A stretch of DNA of 64,000 nt from Eledone cirrhosa. Taxonomy: Eukaryota. Where the stretch lies: NCBI GenBank assembly GCA_964016885.1, contig OZ024742.1, positions 26,970,001 through 27,034,000 of the forward strand, read 5' to 3'. Made by a program: the position numbers and the translations under genes. This document shows, piece after piece, positions 1 through 17,200 of this stretch (the stretch's first letter is position 1; each line of letters begins with the position of its first letter). The notes beneath the pieces are model-generated. The model was not told the DNA's origin and made no database searches. It was given only the letters and a program-made list of their open reading frames with translations.

Positions 1-19
1 CTGACCCGTGGGATAGAGT

Positions 20-165
20 GCGCTGATTTGGTTGAGTCGGATGGAATGCTTAACGGTATTCGTCCCGGCTCTCTGCTCTCAGAGTTCAATTCACACCGAT
101 GTCAATTTTCATTTTTTCGAGTTCGACAAAAAAATTACTTGTCTAGTACTGGGGTCGATCCTTCT
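20..165 (+). mobile_element. Degenerate tRNA-type SINE (family S1)
   Basis: Contains agagttcaattc (B-box-like) and the tail agtactggggtcgat; loosely matches better-preserved S1 copies elsewhere in the window. Confidence 0.5.
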
Positions 166-857
166 TCTATATTTCTTTCTCACTTCCTTTCTCTCACTTT
201 CTCTCCTTCTTAGAAAGAAATCTGCTGTACTCAGGCCTGGAGTGGGATGGGATTCGACAGGCTTAAGATATCCACGGCGCCTATACAACTCCATCAGGAG
301 TTTCGGCAAGAAAAAAAAAATAACTGCCTTAACAATCCTTTGAAGTAAATTTCAATTCATAAACAAATTCCTTATGATTAGATCGAAGGATGTTTCATTT
401 GAATGAAATGTCAAATAAGATTATTGCATTAAAAGATTAATTAAATAGAAAAACAATTCCAAATTTAACTAAGAAACACATGTATTAATAGATGACATTT
501 CAACATTATAAAATTCATACCAACATTCAACATCACATTTATTTAATGCTACGTATCCCTTCCATTTTTTTACCAATTCTTCATTCTCAAATGGCTATAT
601 ACGTAGATTTTCATAATAGAACCTTTCTCAAGCTTGTGATCAATTCCATATAGAATCGATGACACGTAAAGTATGAGTTAATGAGATTGTAATGTGACAA
701 GGAAGCACCATATTCTGGTTCCCGGTCACATATTCATGTTGGGGCAACCATGTTGACTTTTCCTAATAGGAATTATCATTCCTACATCATTGTAACACGA
801 AATATATTCTTATTCATCGAACACAGAATTTTACACGATATACTTCCACTTCTCTTA

Positions 858-3800
858 GCTACTTCTATATATACCTACTTCTATATATACCTACATCTAT
901 ATATAGCTACTTCTATATATAGCTACTTCTATATATAGCTACTTCTATATATTGCTACTTCTATATATACCTACATCTATATATACCTACTTCTATATAT
1001 ACCTACTTCTATATATACCTACTTCTATATATCACTACTTCTATATTTATCTATTTCTATATATACCTACTTCTATATGTACCACCTACTTCTACATATA
1101 CCTACGTCTATATATAGCTACTTCTATATATACCTACTTCTATATATATCTACTTCTATATATACCTATTCTATATACACCTACTTCTATATATACCTAC
1201 TTCTATATATACCTACTTCTATATATACCTACTTCTATATATACCTACTTCTACATATAGCTACTTCTATATATAGCTGCTTCTATATATACCTACTTCT
1301 ATATATACCTACTTCTACATATACCTACTTCTATATATACCTACTTCTATATATAAATACTTCTGCATATACCTACTTCTAAATATACCTACTTATATAT
1401 ATAGCTACTTCTATATATACCTACTTCTATATATACCTACTTCTACATATACCTACTTCTATATATACCTACTTCCATATATACCTACTTCTATATATAC
1501 CTCATTCTACATATACCTATTTCTATATATACCAACTTCTACATATACCTACTTCTATATATACCTCCTTCTACATATACCTACTTCTATATATACCTAA
1601 TTCCATATATACCTACTTCTACGTATACCTATTTCTATATATACATTATTCTATATATACCTACTTCTATATATACCACCTACTTCTACATATACCTACA
1701 TCTATATATAGCTACTTCTATATATACATACTTCTACATATACCTACTTCTATATATGCTACTTCTATATATACACTCTTCTATATATACCTACTTCTAT
1801 ATATACCTACTTCTATATATGCTACTTCCATATATACCTACTTCTATATATACCTACTTCTATATATACATACTTCTATATATATACCGACTTCTACATA
1901 TACTTACTTCTATATATACCTACTTCTACATATACCTACTTCTATATATAGCTACTTCTATATATACCTACTTCTATATATACCTACTTCTATATATACC
2001 TACTTCTATATATACCTACTTCTATATATACCTACTTCCATATATACCTACTTCTATATATACCTACTTCTACATATCCCTATTTCTATATATACCAACT
2101 TCTACATTTACCTACTTCTATATATACCTCCTTCTACATATACCTACTTCTATATATACCTAATTCCATATATACCTACTTCTACGTATACCTATTTCTA
2201 TATATACATTATTCTATATATACCTACTTCTATATATACCACCTACATCTACATATACCTACATCTATATATAGCTACTTCTATATATACATACTTCTAC
2301 ATATACCTATTTCTATATATGCTACTTCTATATATACCCTCTTCTATATATAGCTACTTCTATATATACCTACTTCTATATATGTTACTTCCATATATAC
2401 CTGCTTCTATATATACCTACTTCTATATATACATACTTCTATATATATACCTACTTCTACATATACTTACTTCTATATATACCTACTTCTACATATACCT
2501 ACTTCTACATATACCTACTTCTATATATACCTACTTCTATATATACCTACTTCTATATATACCTACTTCTAGATATACCTACTTCTACATATACCTACTT
2601 CTATATATACCTACTTCTATAAATACCTACTTCTATACCTACCTACTTCTATATATACCTACTTCTATATACACATACTTCTATATATACCTACTTCTAC
2701 ATATACCTACTTCTATATATACCTACTTCTATATATACCTACTTCCACATATACATACTTCTATATATACCTACATCTACATATACCTACTTCTATATAT
2801 ACCTACTTCTATATATACCTACTTCTATGTATATCTACTTCTATATATACCTACTTGTATATATACCTACTTCTATATATACCTACTTGTATATATACCT
2901 ACTTCTATATATACCTACTTTTATATAAACCTACTTCTATATATACCTATTTCTACATATACCTACTTCTATATATAGCTACTTCTATATATACCTACGT
3001 CTATACCTACCTACTTCTATATATACCTACTTCTATATACACATACTTCTATATATACCTACTTCTACATATACCTACTTCTATATATACCTACTTCTAT
3101 ATATACCAACTTCTATATATACCTACTTATATATATACCTACTTCTATGTATACCTATTTCTACATATACCTACTTCTATATATACCTTTTTCTACATAT
3201 ACCTACTTCTATATATAGCTACTTCTATATATACCTACTTCTATATATACCTACTTCTATATATACCTACTTCTATATATAACTACTTCAATATATACCT
3301 ACTACTATATATACCTACTTCTATATATAAACCTACTTCTATATATACCTACTTCTATATATACCTACTTCTACATATACCTACTTCTATATATACCTAC
3401 TTCTACATATACCTACTTCTATATATACCTACTTCTATATATACCTACTTCTATATATACCTACTTCCACATATACCTACTTCTATATATACCTACATCT
3501 ACATATACCTACTTCTATATATACCTACTTCTATATATACCTACTTCTATGTATATCTACTTCTATATATACCTACTTGTATATATACCTACTTCTATAT
3601 ATACCTACTTGTATATATACCTACTTCTATATATACCTACTTTTATATAAACCTACTTCTATATATACCTATTTCTACATATACCTACTTCTATATATAG
3701 CTACTTCTATATATACCTACGTCTATACCTACCTACTTCTATATATACCTACTTCTATATACACATACTTCTATATATACCTACGTCTACATATACCTAC

Positions 3801-6800
3801 TTCTATATATACCTACTTCTATATATACCAACTTCTATATATACCTACTTCTATATATACCTACTTCTATATATACCTATTTCTACATATACCTACTTCT
3901 ATATATAGCTACTTCTATATATACCTATTTCTATATATACCTATTTCTATATATACCTACTTCTATATATACCTACTTCTATATATACCTACTTCTATGT
4001 ATATCTACTTCTATATATACCTACTTCTACATATACCTACTTTTACATATGCCTACTTTTATATATACCTACTTTTATATAAACCTACTTCTATATATAC
4101 CTATTTCTACATATACCTACTTCTATATATAGCTACTTCTATATATACCTACCTCTATACCTACCTACTTCTATATATACCTACTTCTATATACACATAC
4201 TTCTATATATACCTACTTCTACATATACCTACTTCTATATATACCTACTTTTATATAAACCTACTTCTATATATACCTATTTCTACATATACCTACTTCT
4301 ATATATACCTACCTCTATATATACCTACTTCTATATATACCCTCTTCTATATATAGCTACTTCTATATATACCTACTTCTATATATGTTACTTCCATATA
4401 TACCTGCTTCTATATATACCTACTTCTATATATACATACTTCTATATATATACCTACTTCTACATATACTTACTTCTATATATACCTACTTCTACATATA
4501 CCTACTTCTACATATACCTACTTCTATATATACCTACTTCTATATATACCTACTTCTATATATACCTACTTCTATATATACCTACTTCTACATATACCTA
4601 CTTCTATATATACCTACTTCTATAAATACCTACTTCTATACCTACCTACTTCTATATATACCTACTTCTATATACACATACTTCTATATATACCTACTTC
4701 TACATATACCTACTTCTATATATACCTACTTCTATATATACCTACTTCCACATATACCTACTTCTATATATACCTACATTTACATATACCTACTTCTATA
4801 TATACCTACTTCTATATATACCTACTTCTATGTATATCTACTTCTATATATACCTACTTGTATATATACCTACTTCTATATATACCTACTTGTATATATA
4901 CCTACTTCTATATATACCTACTTTTATATAAACCTACTTCTATATATACCTATTTCTACATATACCTACTTCTATATATAGCTACTTCTATATATACCTA
5001 CGTCTATACCTACCTACTTCTATATATACCTACTTCTATATACACATACTTCTATATATACCTACTTCTACATATACCTACTTCTATATATACCTACTTC
5101 TATATATACCAACTTCTATATATACCTACTTATATATATACCTACTTCTATGTATACCTATTTCTACATATACCTACTTCTATATATACCTTTTTCTACA
5201 TATACCTACTTCTATATATAGCTACTTCTATATATACCTACTTCTATATATACCTACTTCTATATATACCTACTTCTATATATAACTACTTCAATATATA
5301 CCTACTACTATATATACCTACTTCTATATATAAACCTACTTCTATATATACCTAATTCTATATATACCTACTTCTACATATACCTACTTCTATATTTACC
5401 TACTTCTACATATACCTACTTCTATATATACCTACTTCTATATATACCTACTTCTATATATACCTACTTCCACATATACCTACTTCTATATATACCTACA
5501 TCTACATATACCTACTTCTATATATACCTACTTCTATATATACCTACTTCTATGTATATCTACTTCTATATATACCTACTTGTATATATACCTACTTCTA
5601 TATATACCTACTTGTATATATACCTACTTCTATATATACCTACTTTTATATAAACCTACTTCTATATATACCTATTTCTACATATACCTACTTCTATATA
5701 TAGCTACTTCTATATATACCTACGTCTATACCTACCTACTTCTATATATACCTACTTCTATATACACATACTTCTATATATACCTACGTCTACATATACC
5801 TACTTCTATATATACCTACTTCTATATATACCAACTTCTATATATACCTACTTCTATATATACCTACTTCTATATATACCTATTTTTACATATACCTACT
5901 TCTATATATACCTATTTCTATATATACCTACTTCTATATATACCTACTTCTATATATACCTACTTCTATGTATATCTACTTCTATATATACCTACTTCTA
6001 CATATACCTACTTTTACATATGCCTACTTTTATATATACCTACTTTTATATAAACCTACTTCTATATATACCTATTTCTACATATACCTACTTCTATATA
6101 TAGCTACTTCTATATATACCTACCTCTATACCTACCTACTTCTATATATACCTACTTCTATATACACATACTTCTATATATACCTACTTCTACATATACC
6201 TACTTCTATATATACCTACTTTTATATAAACCTACTTCTATATATACCTATTTCTACATATACCTACTTCTATATATACCTACCTCTATATATACCTACT
6301 TCTATATATACCTACTTCTATATATACCTACTTCTATATATACCTACTTCTATATATACCTATTTCTACATATACCTACTTCTATATATAGCTACTTCTA
6401 TATATACCTACTTCTATATATACCTACTTCTATATATACCTACTTCTATATATACCTACCTCTATATATACCTACTTCTATATATACCTACTTCTATATA
6501 TACCTACTTCTATATATACCTACATCTATATACACATACTTCTATATACCTACTTCTACATATACCTACTTCTATATATACCTACTTCTATATATACCTA
6601 CTTCTATATATACCTACTTCTATATATACCTACTTCTATATATACCTACTTCTATATATAACTACCTCTATATATACCTACTTCTATATATTCCTACTTC
6701 TATATATACCTACTTCTATATACACATACTTCTATATATACATACTTCTACATATACCTACTTCTATATATACCTACTTCTATATATAACTACTTCTATA

Positions 6801-9800
6801 TATACCTACTTCTATATATACCTACTTCTATATATAAACCTACTTCTATATATACCTACTTCTATATATGCCTACTTCTACATAAACCTACTTCTATATA
6901 TACCTACTTCTACATATACCTACTTCTATATATACCTACTTATATATATACCTACTTCTATATATACCTACTTCTATATATACCTACTTCCACATATACC
7001 TACTTCTATATATACCTACTTCTATATATACCTACATCTACATATACATACTTCTATATATACCTACTTCTATGTATATCTACTTCTATATATACCTACT
7101 TGTATATATACCTACTTCTATATATACCTACTTGTATATATACACCACTTCTATATATACCTACTTTTATATAAACCTACTTCTATATATACGTATTTCT
7201 ACATATACCTACTTCTATATATAGCTACTTCTATATATACCTACGTCTATACCTACCTACTTCTATATATACCTACTTCTATATACACATACTTCTATAT
7301 ATACCTACGTCTACATATACCTACTTCTATATATACCTACTTCTATATATACCAACTTCTATATATACCTACTTCTATATATACCTACTTCTATGTATAC
7401 CTATTTCTACATATACCTACTTCTATATATAGCTACTTCTATATATACCTACTTCTATATATACCTACTTCTATATATACCTACTTCTATATATACCTAC
7501 CTCTATATATACCTACTTCTATATATACCTACTTCTATATATACCTACTTCTATATATACCTTTTTCTACATATACCTACTTCTATATATAGCTACTTCT
7601 ATATATACCTACTTCTATATATACCTACTTCTATATATACCTACTTCTATATATAACTACTTCTATATATACCTACTACTATATATACCTACTTCTATAT
7701 ATAAACCTACTTCTATATATACCTACTTCTATATATACCTACTTCTACATATACATACTGCTATATATACCAACTTCTACATATACCTACTTCTATATAT
7801 ACCTACTTCTATATATACCTACTTCTATATATACCTACTTCCACATATACCTACTTCTATATATACCTATTCTATATATACCTACATCTACATATACCTA
7901 CTTCTATATATACCTACTTCTATATATACCTACTTCTATGTATATCTGCTTCTATATATACCTACTTGTATATATACCTACTTCTATATATACCTACTTG
8001 TATATATACCTACTTCTATATATAACTACTTTTATATAAACCTACTTCTATATATACCTATTTCTACATATACCTACTTCTATATATAGCTACTTCTATA
8101 TATACCTACGTCTATACCTACCTACTTCTATATATACCTACTTCTATATACACATACTTCTATATATACCTACGTCTACATATACCTACTTCTATATATA
8201 CCTACTTCTATATATACCAGCTTCTATATATACCTACTTCTATATATACCTACTTCTATATATACCTATTTCTACATATACCTACTTCTATATATAGCTA
8301 CTTCTATATATACCTATTTCTATATATACCTACTTCTATATATACCTACTTCTATATATACCTACTTCTATATATACCTACTTCTATATATACCTATTTC
8401 TACATATACCTACTTCTATGTATATCTACTTCTATATATACCTACTTCTACATATACCTACTTTTACATATGCCTACTTTTATATATACCTACTTTTATA
8501 TAAAGCTACTTCTATATATACCTATTTCTACATATACCTACTTCTATATATAGCTACTTCTATATATACCTACCTCTATACCTACCTACTTCTATATATA
8601 CCTACTTCTATATACACATACTTCTATATATACCTACTTCTACATATACCTACTTCTATATATACCTACTTTTATATAAACCTACTTCTATATATACCTA
8701 TTTCTACATATACCTACTTCTATATATACCTACCTCTATATATACCTACTTCTATATATACCTACTTCTATATATACCTACTTCTATATATACCTACTTC
8801 TATATATACCTATTTCTACATATACCTACTTCTATATATAGCTACTTCTATATATACCTACTTCTATATATACCTACTTCTATATATACCTACTTCTATA
8901 TATACCTACCTCTATATATACCTACTTCTATATATACCTACTTCTATATATACCTACTTCTATATATACCTACATCTATATACACATACTTCTATATACC
9001 TACTTCTACATATACCTACTTCTATATATACCTACTTCTATATATACCTACTTCTATATATACCTACTTCTATATATACCTACTTCTATATATAACTACC
9101 TCTATATATACCTACTTCTATATATTCCTACTTCTATATATACCTACTTCTATATACACATACTTCTATATATACCTACTTCTACATATACCTACTTCTA
9201 TATATACCTACTTCTATATATAACTACTTCTATATATACCTACTTCTATATATACCTACTTCTATATATAAACCTACTTCTATATATACCTACTTCTATA
9301 TATACCTACTTCTACATAAACCTACTTCTATATATACCTACTTCTACATATACCTACTTCTATATATACCTACTTATATATATACCTACTTCTATATATA
9401 CCTACTTCTATATATACCTACTTCCACATATACCTACTTCTATATATACCTACTTCTATATATACCTACATCTACATATACATACTTCTATATATACCTA
9501 CTTCTATGTATATCTACTTCTATATATACCTACTTGTATATATACCTACTTCTATATATACCTACTTGTATATATACACCACTTCTATATATACCTACTT
9601 TTATATAAACCTACTTCTATATATACGTATTTCTACATATACCTACTTCTATATATAGCTACTTCTATATATACCTACGTCTATACCTACCTACTTCTAT
9701 ATATACCTACTTCTATATACACATACTTCTATATATACCTACGTCTACATATACCTACTTCTATATATACCTACTTCTATATATACCAACTTCTATATAT

Positions 9801-12800
9801 ACCTACTTCTATATATACCTACTTCTATGTATACCTATTTCTACATATACCTACTTCTATATATAGCTACTTCTATATATACCTACTTCTATATATACCT
9901 ACTTCTATATATACCTACTTCTATATATACCTACCTCTATATATACCTACTTCTATATATACCTACTTCTATATATACCTACTTCTATATATACCTTTTT
10001 CTACATATACCTACTTCTATATATAGCTACTTCTATATATACCTACTTCTATATATACCTACTTCTATATATACCTACTTCTATATATAACTACTTCTAT
10101 ATATACCTACTACTATATATACCTACTTCTATATATAAACCTACTTCTATATATACCTACTTCTATATATACCTACTTCTACATATACCTACTGCTATAT
10201 ATACCAACTTCTACATATACCTACTTCTATATATACCTACTTCTATATATACCTACTTCTATATATACCTACTTCCACATATACCTACTTCTATATATAC
10301 CTATTCTATATATACCTACATCTACATATACCTACTTCTATATATACCTACTTCTATATATACCTACTTCTATGTATATCTGCTTCTATATATACCTACT
10401 TGTATATATACCTACTTCTATATATACCTACTTGTATATATACCTACTTCTATATATACCTACTTTTATATAAACCTACTTCTATATATACCTATTTCTA
10501 CATATACCTACTTCTATATATAGCTACTTCTATATATACCTACGTCTATACCTACCTACTTCTATATATACCTACTTCTATATACACATACTTCTATATA
10601 TACCTACGTCTACATATACCTACTTCTATATATACCTACTTCTATATATACCAGCTTCTATATATACCTACTTCTATATATACCTACTTCTATATATACC
10701 TATTTCTACATATACCTACTTCTATATATAGCTACTTCTATATATACCTATTTCTATATATACCTACTTCTATATATACCTACTTCTATATATACCTACT
10801 TCTATATATACCTACTTCTATATATACCTATTTCTACATATACCTACTTCTATATATACCTACTTCTACATATACCTACTTCTATATATACCTAGTTCTA
10901 TATATACCAACTTCTATATATACCTACTTCTATGTATATCTACTTCTATATATACCTACTTCTACATATACCTACATTTACATATACCTACTTCTATATA
11001 TACCTACTTTTATATAAACCTACTTCTATATATACCTATTTCTACATATACCTACTTCTATATATAGCTACTTTTATATATACCTACGTCTATACCTACC
11101 TACTTATATATATACCTACTTCTATATACACATACTTCTATATATACCTACTTCTACATGTACCTACTTCTATATATACCTACTTCTATATATACCAACT
11201 TCTATATATACCTACTTCTATATATACCTACTTCTATGTATACCTATTTCTACATATACCTACTTCTATATATAGCTACTTCTATATATACCTACTTCTA
11301 TATATACCTACTTCTATATATACCTACCTCTATATATACCTACTTCTATATATACCTACTTCTATATATACCTACTTCTATATATACCTACTTCTATATA
11401 TACCAGCTTCTATATATACCTATTTCTACAAATACCTACTTCTATATATAGCTACTTCTATATATACCTACTTCTATATATACCTACTTCTATATATACC
11501 TACTTCTATATATACCTACCTCTATATATACCTACTTCTATATATACCTACTTCTATATATACCTACTTCTATATATACCTACTTCTATATACACATACT
11601 TCTATATATACCTACTTCTACATATACCTACTTCTATATATACCTACTTCTATATATACCTACTTCTATATATACCTACTTCTATATATAACTACCTCTA
11701 TATATACCTACTTTTATATATACCTACTTCTATATATAACTACTTCTATATATGCCTACTACTATATATACCTACTTCTATATATAAACCTACTTCTATA
11801 TATACCTACTTCTATATATACCTACTTCTACATATACCTACTTCTATATATACCTACTTCTACATATACCTACTTCTATATATACCTACTTCTATATATA
11901 CCTACTTCTATATATACCTACTTCCACATATACCTACTTCTATATATACCTACTTCTATATATACCTACATCTACATATACATACTTCTATATATACCTA
12001 CTTCTATATATACCTACTTCTATGTATATCTACTTCTATATATACCTACTTGTATATATACCTACTTCTATATATACCGACTTGTATATATACCTACTTC
12101 TATATATACCTACTTTTATATAAACCTACTTCTATATATACCTATTTCTACATATACCTACTTCTATATATAGCAACTTCTATATATATCTACGTCTATA
12201 TCTACCTACTTCTATATATACCTACTTCTATATACACATACTTCTATATATACCTACGTCTACATATACCTACTTCTATATATACCTGCTTCTATATATA
12301 CCAACTTCTATATATACCTACTTCTATATATACCTACTTCTATATATACCTATTTCTATATATACCTACTTCTATATATACCTACTTCTATATATACCAA
12401 CTTCTATATATACCTACTTCTATGTATATCTACTTCTATATATACCTACTTCTACATATACCTACTTCTACATATACCTACTTCTATATATACCTACTTC
12501 TATATATACCTACTTCTATATATACCCATTTCTACATATACCTACTTCTATATATAGCTACTTCTATATATACCTACTTCTATATATACCTACTTCTATA
12601 TATACCTATCTCTATATATGCCTACTTCTATATATATATCTACTTCTATATATACCTACTTCTATATATACCTACTTCTATATATACCTACTTCTATATA
12701 CACATACTTCTATATATACCTACTTCTACATATACCTACTTCTATATATACCTACTTCTATATATACCTACTTCTATATATACCTACTTCTATATATAAC

Positions 12801-14930
12801 TACCTCTATACATACCTACTTCTATATATACCTACTTCTACATATACCTACTTCTATATATACCTACTTCTATATAAAACTACTTCTATATATACCTACT
12901 TCTATATATACCTACTTCTACATATACCTACTTCTATATATACCTACTTCTATATAAACCTACTTCTATATATACCTACTTCTATATATACCTACTTCTA
13001 CATATACCTACTTCTATATATACCTACTTCTACATATACCTACTTCTATATATACCTACTTCTATATATACCTACTTCTATATATACCTACTTCTATATA
13101 TACCTACTTCTATATATAACTACCTCTATATATACCTACTTCTATATATACCTACTTCTACATATACCTACTTCTATATATACCTACTTCTATATATAAC
13201 TACTTCTATATATACCTACTTCTATATATACCTACTTATATATATAAACCTACTTCTATATATACCTACTTCTATATATACCTACTTCTACATATACCTA
13301 CTTCTATATATACCTACTTCTACATATACCTACTTCTATATATACCTACTTCTATATATACCTACTTCTATATATACCTACTTCTATATATACCTACTTC
13401 TACATATACCTACTTCTACATATAGCTACTTCTATATATACCTACTTCTATATATACCTACTTCTACATATACCTACTTCTATATATACCTACTTCTATA
13501 TATACCTACTTCTATATATACCTACTTCTACATATACCTACTTCTATATATACCTACTTCTACATATACCTACTTCTATATATACCTACTTCTACATATA
13601 CCTACTTCTATATATACCTATTTCTACATATACCTACTTCTATATATAGCTACTTCTATATATACCTACTTCTATATATACCTACTTCTATATATACCTA
13701 TCTCTATATATACCTACTTCTATATATATATCTACTTCTATATATACCTACTTCTATATATACCTACTTCTATATATACCTACTTCTATATACACATACT
13801 TCTATATATACCTACTTCTACATATACCTACTTCTATATATACCTACTTCTATATATACCTACTTCTATATATACCTACTTCTATATATAACTACCTCTA
13901 TATATACCTACTTCTATATATACCTACTTCTACATATACCTACTTCTATATTTACCTACTTCTATATAAAACTACTTCTATATATACCTACTTCTATATA
14001 TACCTACTTCTATATATAAACCTACTTCTATATATACCTACTTCTATATATACCTACTTCTACATATACCTACTTCTATATATACCTACTTCTACATATA
14101 CCTACTTCTATATATACCTACTTCTATATATACCTACTTCTATATATACCTACTTCTATATATACCTACTTCTATATATAACTACCTCTATATATGCCTA
14201 CTTCTATATATACCTACTTCTACATATACCTACTTCTATATATACCTACTTCTATATATAACTACTTCTATATATACCTACTTCTATATATAGCTACTTC
14301 TATATATAAACCTACTTCTATATATACCTACTTCTACATATACCTACTTCTATATATACCTACTTCTACATATACCTACTTCTATATATACCTACTTCTA
14401 TATATACCTACTTCTATATATACCTACTTCTACATATACCTACTTCTATATATACCTACTTCTACATATACCTACTTCTATATATACATATTCTACATAT
14501 ACCTACTTCTATATATACCTACTTCTATATATACCTACTTCTATATATACCTACTTCTATATATACCTACTTCTACATATAGCTACTTCTATATATACCT
14601 ACTTCTATATATACCTACTTCTACATATACCTACTTCTATATATACCTACTTCTACATATACCTACTTCTATATATACCTACTTCTATATATACCTACTT
14701 CTATATATAACTACTTCTACATATACCTACTTCTATATATAACTACTTCTATATATACCTACTTCTACATATACCTACTTCTATATATACCTACTTCTAC
14801 ATATACCTACTTCTACATATACCTACTTCTATATATACCTACTTCTACATATACCTACTTCTATATATACCTACTTCTATATATACCTACTTCTATATAT
14901 AACTACTTCTACATATACCTACTTCTATAT
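858..14930. repeat. About 14-kb tandem satellite with 16-bp unit CCTACTTCTATATATA
   Basis: The unit is read directly. The ORF track shows a 16-aa (48-nt, 3-unit) periodicity YIPTSIYTYFYIYLLL. Variant units recur in blocks. Confidence 0.98.
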
Positions 14931-15309
14931 CCATGTTTCTCAACTTTTTCGACCGACCTCCGGGCCTTTTAGCTCCCGAAAAATGTCCGGCCCCACTTAT
15001 TTTACAAGCGGAAACTATTGCTCAAAAACTATTCCGGACTATAACCCCCACATGATATATATACTAGTGCTTCTCAATCTTTTTATTCTCCCGGCCCACT
15101 TTACTCCCTAGAAATTGCCAGGGTCAGTGCTCAAAGAGCATTCTGGAACACTTACCCCCATATGATCTCGACTGCATTTAAATTTTGTGTGATCTTAAGT
15201 TCTAAGAAAGTCTGAAAAGATTTCCTGGCCCAATGAAATTTCTCCGGGCCCACTCAAAATTGTCCCGGGACCACTGAGTGGGCCCTTGGCCCACCGTTGC
15301 GCACCACTG
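14931..15309. mobile_element. Non-autonomous hAT (Charlie/MER5-like) element with a duplicated left end
   Basis: Left ends ccatgtttctcaa (14931) and tagtgcttctcaa (about 15065); right end ttgcgcaccactg (15309). Flanks ttctatat (14923-14930) and ttctatac (15310-15317) resemble an 8-bp TSD. Confidence 0.6.
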
Positions 15310-15359
15310 TTCTATACACGTATATACCTACTTCTATAATCATTAAATACCGCCGCCTT

Positions 15360-15405
15360 TCCTCCCTACATCTACTGCTGCTACTTCTCCTCATCACCCT
15401 TCTTA

Positions 15406-15436
<31 letters not shown>

Positions 15437-15690
15437 CTTCTTGCTCCTACTCTTCCTTCTTCATCCTCCTCCCCTCTTCCTCCTCTTCCTTCTCTTCCTC
15501 CCATTCTCCTATTTACTCCTCTTCTTCTTCTTCGTCTTCTCTTTCTTCTTCTACCCCCCTCCCCATATTCCCCCATATTCCCCCATTTCCCCTATTCTTC
15601 TTCTTCTTCCTCCTCCCTCTCTTCCACGACCTCATCTTCTCAGTCCTCTTTCTCTTCTATTCCCCCTCAGGTTACCCCCCCCCCCTTCTG
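15360..15690. repeat. CT-rich low-complexity tract with (CTT)n/(CCT)n
   Basis: Polypyrimidine simple repeats seen directly. Confidence 0.9.
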
Positions 15691-16427
15691 TGAATATCAC
15701 ACATAACTCAATGGAGCTCGTAGATCCCAACTGAAGGAAAGCACGCTAATATTTCTCATACTTTAACACCCAATCAATCGTAGATTGTGGTGCCGCCTAC
15801 GATACTCTTGATGTTTCACCGTTACCATGACTACCAAGATTTTTTTTATCTTCCAATTCACGAAAGTTGTTTAAATACCAGTTTGAAAGCTGGGGTAACA
15901 GAGCGGAATTCCAGCTAGATCATGTCAACAAAATCACTATACGGTTTAAATACACACAAATCTCAGATATCCGAATGGCTAAATGTCAGCAGAAGTGCAC
16001 TCTGAAGTGCACCCTGGATTCATGACCTGGATACACACCGGACCTTTACAGTTTAAGAAGTTAAGGGACGAAACATTTGCTTGAGAGAATTTTTTTTTCC
16101 TGAAATCTCTCCTGTCCATCTCTCCTGCCTATTTCTTACCACTACTCAGCGATTTCACAACAAATATTTATGCTGACTCTCGTAATAAACATTTAAGTGC
16201 ATCTGTTACTGCTAACACGAAATAGCCGTCTTACAATTAAACAGTAATTTTAATTTTCTGGAAAATATTTCCAAACGTAGATTATTAGATGGAGCTATGT
16301 GCTGGTGTTAACACTCCCGTTAATGGTTTCTATATCACGGTGATTTGTTGTGAAATTAATGCCAGAGGCAAATTATGAGCGATAAATTAACACAAAGGAC
16401 TTGTGATCCAGTGACTATATATTTCGG

Positions 16428-16572
16428 TGAAGACGCATGGCTTAGTGGTTAGAGCATTGGGCTTGCAATGGAAAGGTTGTGAGTTCAATTCTCGGACCGG
16501 GTAATGTGTTGTTTCCTTTTAGCAAGACACTTTATTTCATGTTGGTCCAGTTTACTCAGGTTAAGAAATGAG
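16428..16572 (+). mobile_element. tRNA-headed SINE (family S2)
   Basis: A-box-like tggcttagtggttagagc, B-box-like gagttcaattc, and body gcaagacactttatttca shared with the copy at 18762. Confidence 0.7.
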
Positions 16573-16997
16573 ATGATAAGACTGGGGTCCCTATCATTAA
16601 AGTACCCAAGACACCTCCAACGAGATATGTCTTGGAGGAGGCCAGCTAAACCTGAATAGGTGTGAGCTGTCACACACACACACAAGATATTTCTAATCTA
16701 GAAATATATGTAATGTATTGTAGCTCACACGGAAGGGGTTGAAACTGTTTAATTAATTATATAAGATCAGATATCTCTTGTAGCACAAATAATATTGATG
16801 TTTAACATTGCCAGAAGGGCACAAATTTTGCAAGGTTTTATTTCTCTTAATCGATTACTTTATCTGATTGCTTCTTATTTTATCGATCATTCGTGTATGT
16901 GAGGTGGAGTCAACTTTGGTGCGATTTGAACTTAAATTATGAAAGATGATTTGTAAATGTTGTAAATGATTATTTAGTTCGATGTTTTATCAAAATC

Positions 16998-17200
16998 TGG
17001 TGGCGAATTGGCAGAGTCGTTAGAACGTAGTAAAGAATGTTTTACTTTATTATTGTAGAAGGCTTTAGGACAAAATTGTGTAGAGCATCTTGTGTTATTT
17101 ACAGTCTTATACTTTGTGTTCAAATACCGCCTTGATTATCATGCGTTTATCCTTCCGTGTTCGAGAAAATGAACTACAAACTATGCACTGGAGATTATTG
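16998..17200 (+). mobile_element. Degenerate SINE S1
   Basis: ttggcagagtcgttaga ... gtgttcaaataccgcc ... tatccttccgtgttcga ... gcactgg. Confidence 0.5.

Noticed and set aside
952-14742. Long Tyr/Ile-rich ORFs (up to 413 aa) in the satellite
   Set aside because: They are a by-product of a stop-free 16-bp unit read through all three frames; there is no coding signature
858-14930. CRISPR-like array
   Set aside because: Units are contiguous with no unique spacers, there are no cas genes, and the context is eukaryotic
16428-16500. tRNA gene
   Set aside because: A/B boxes run into a SINE body and no clean cloverleaf forms
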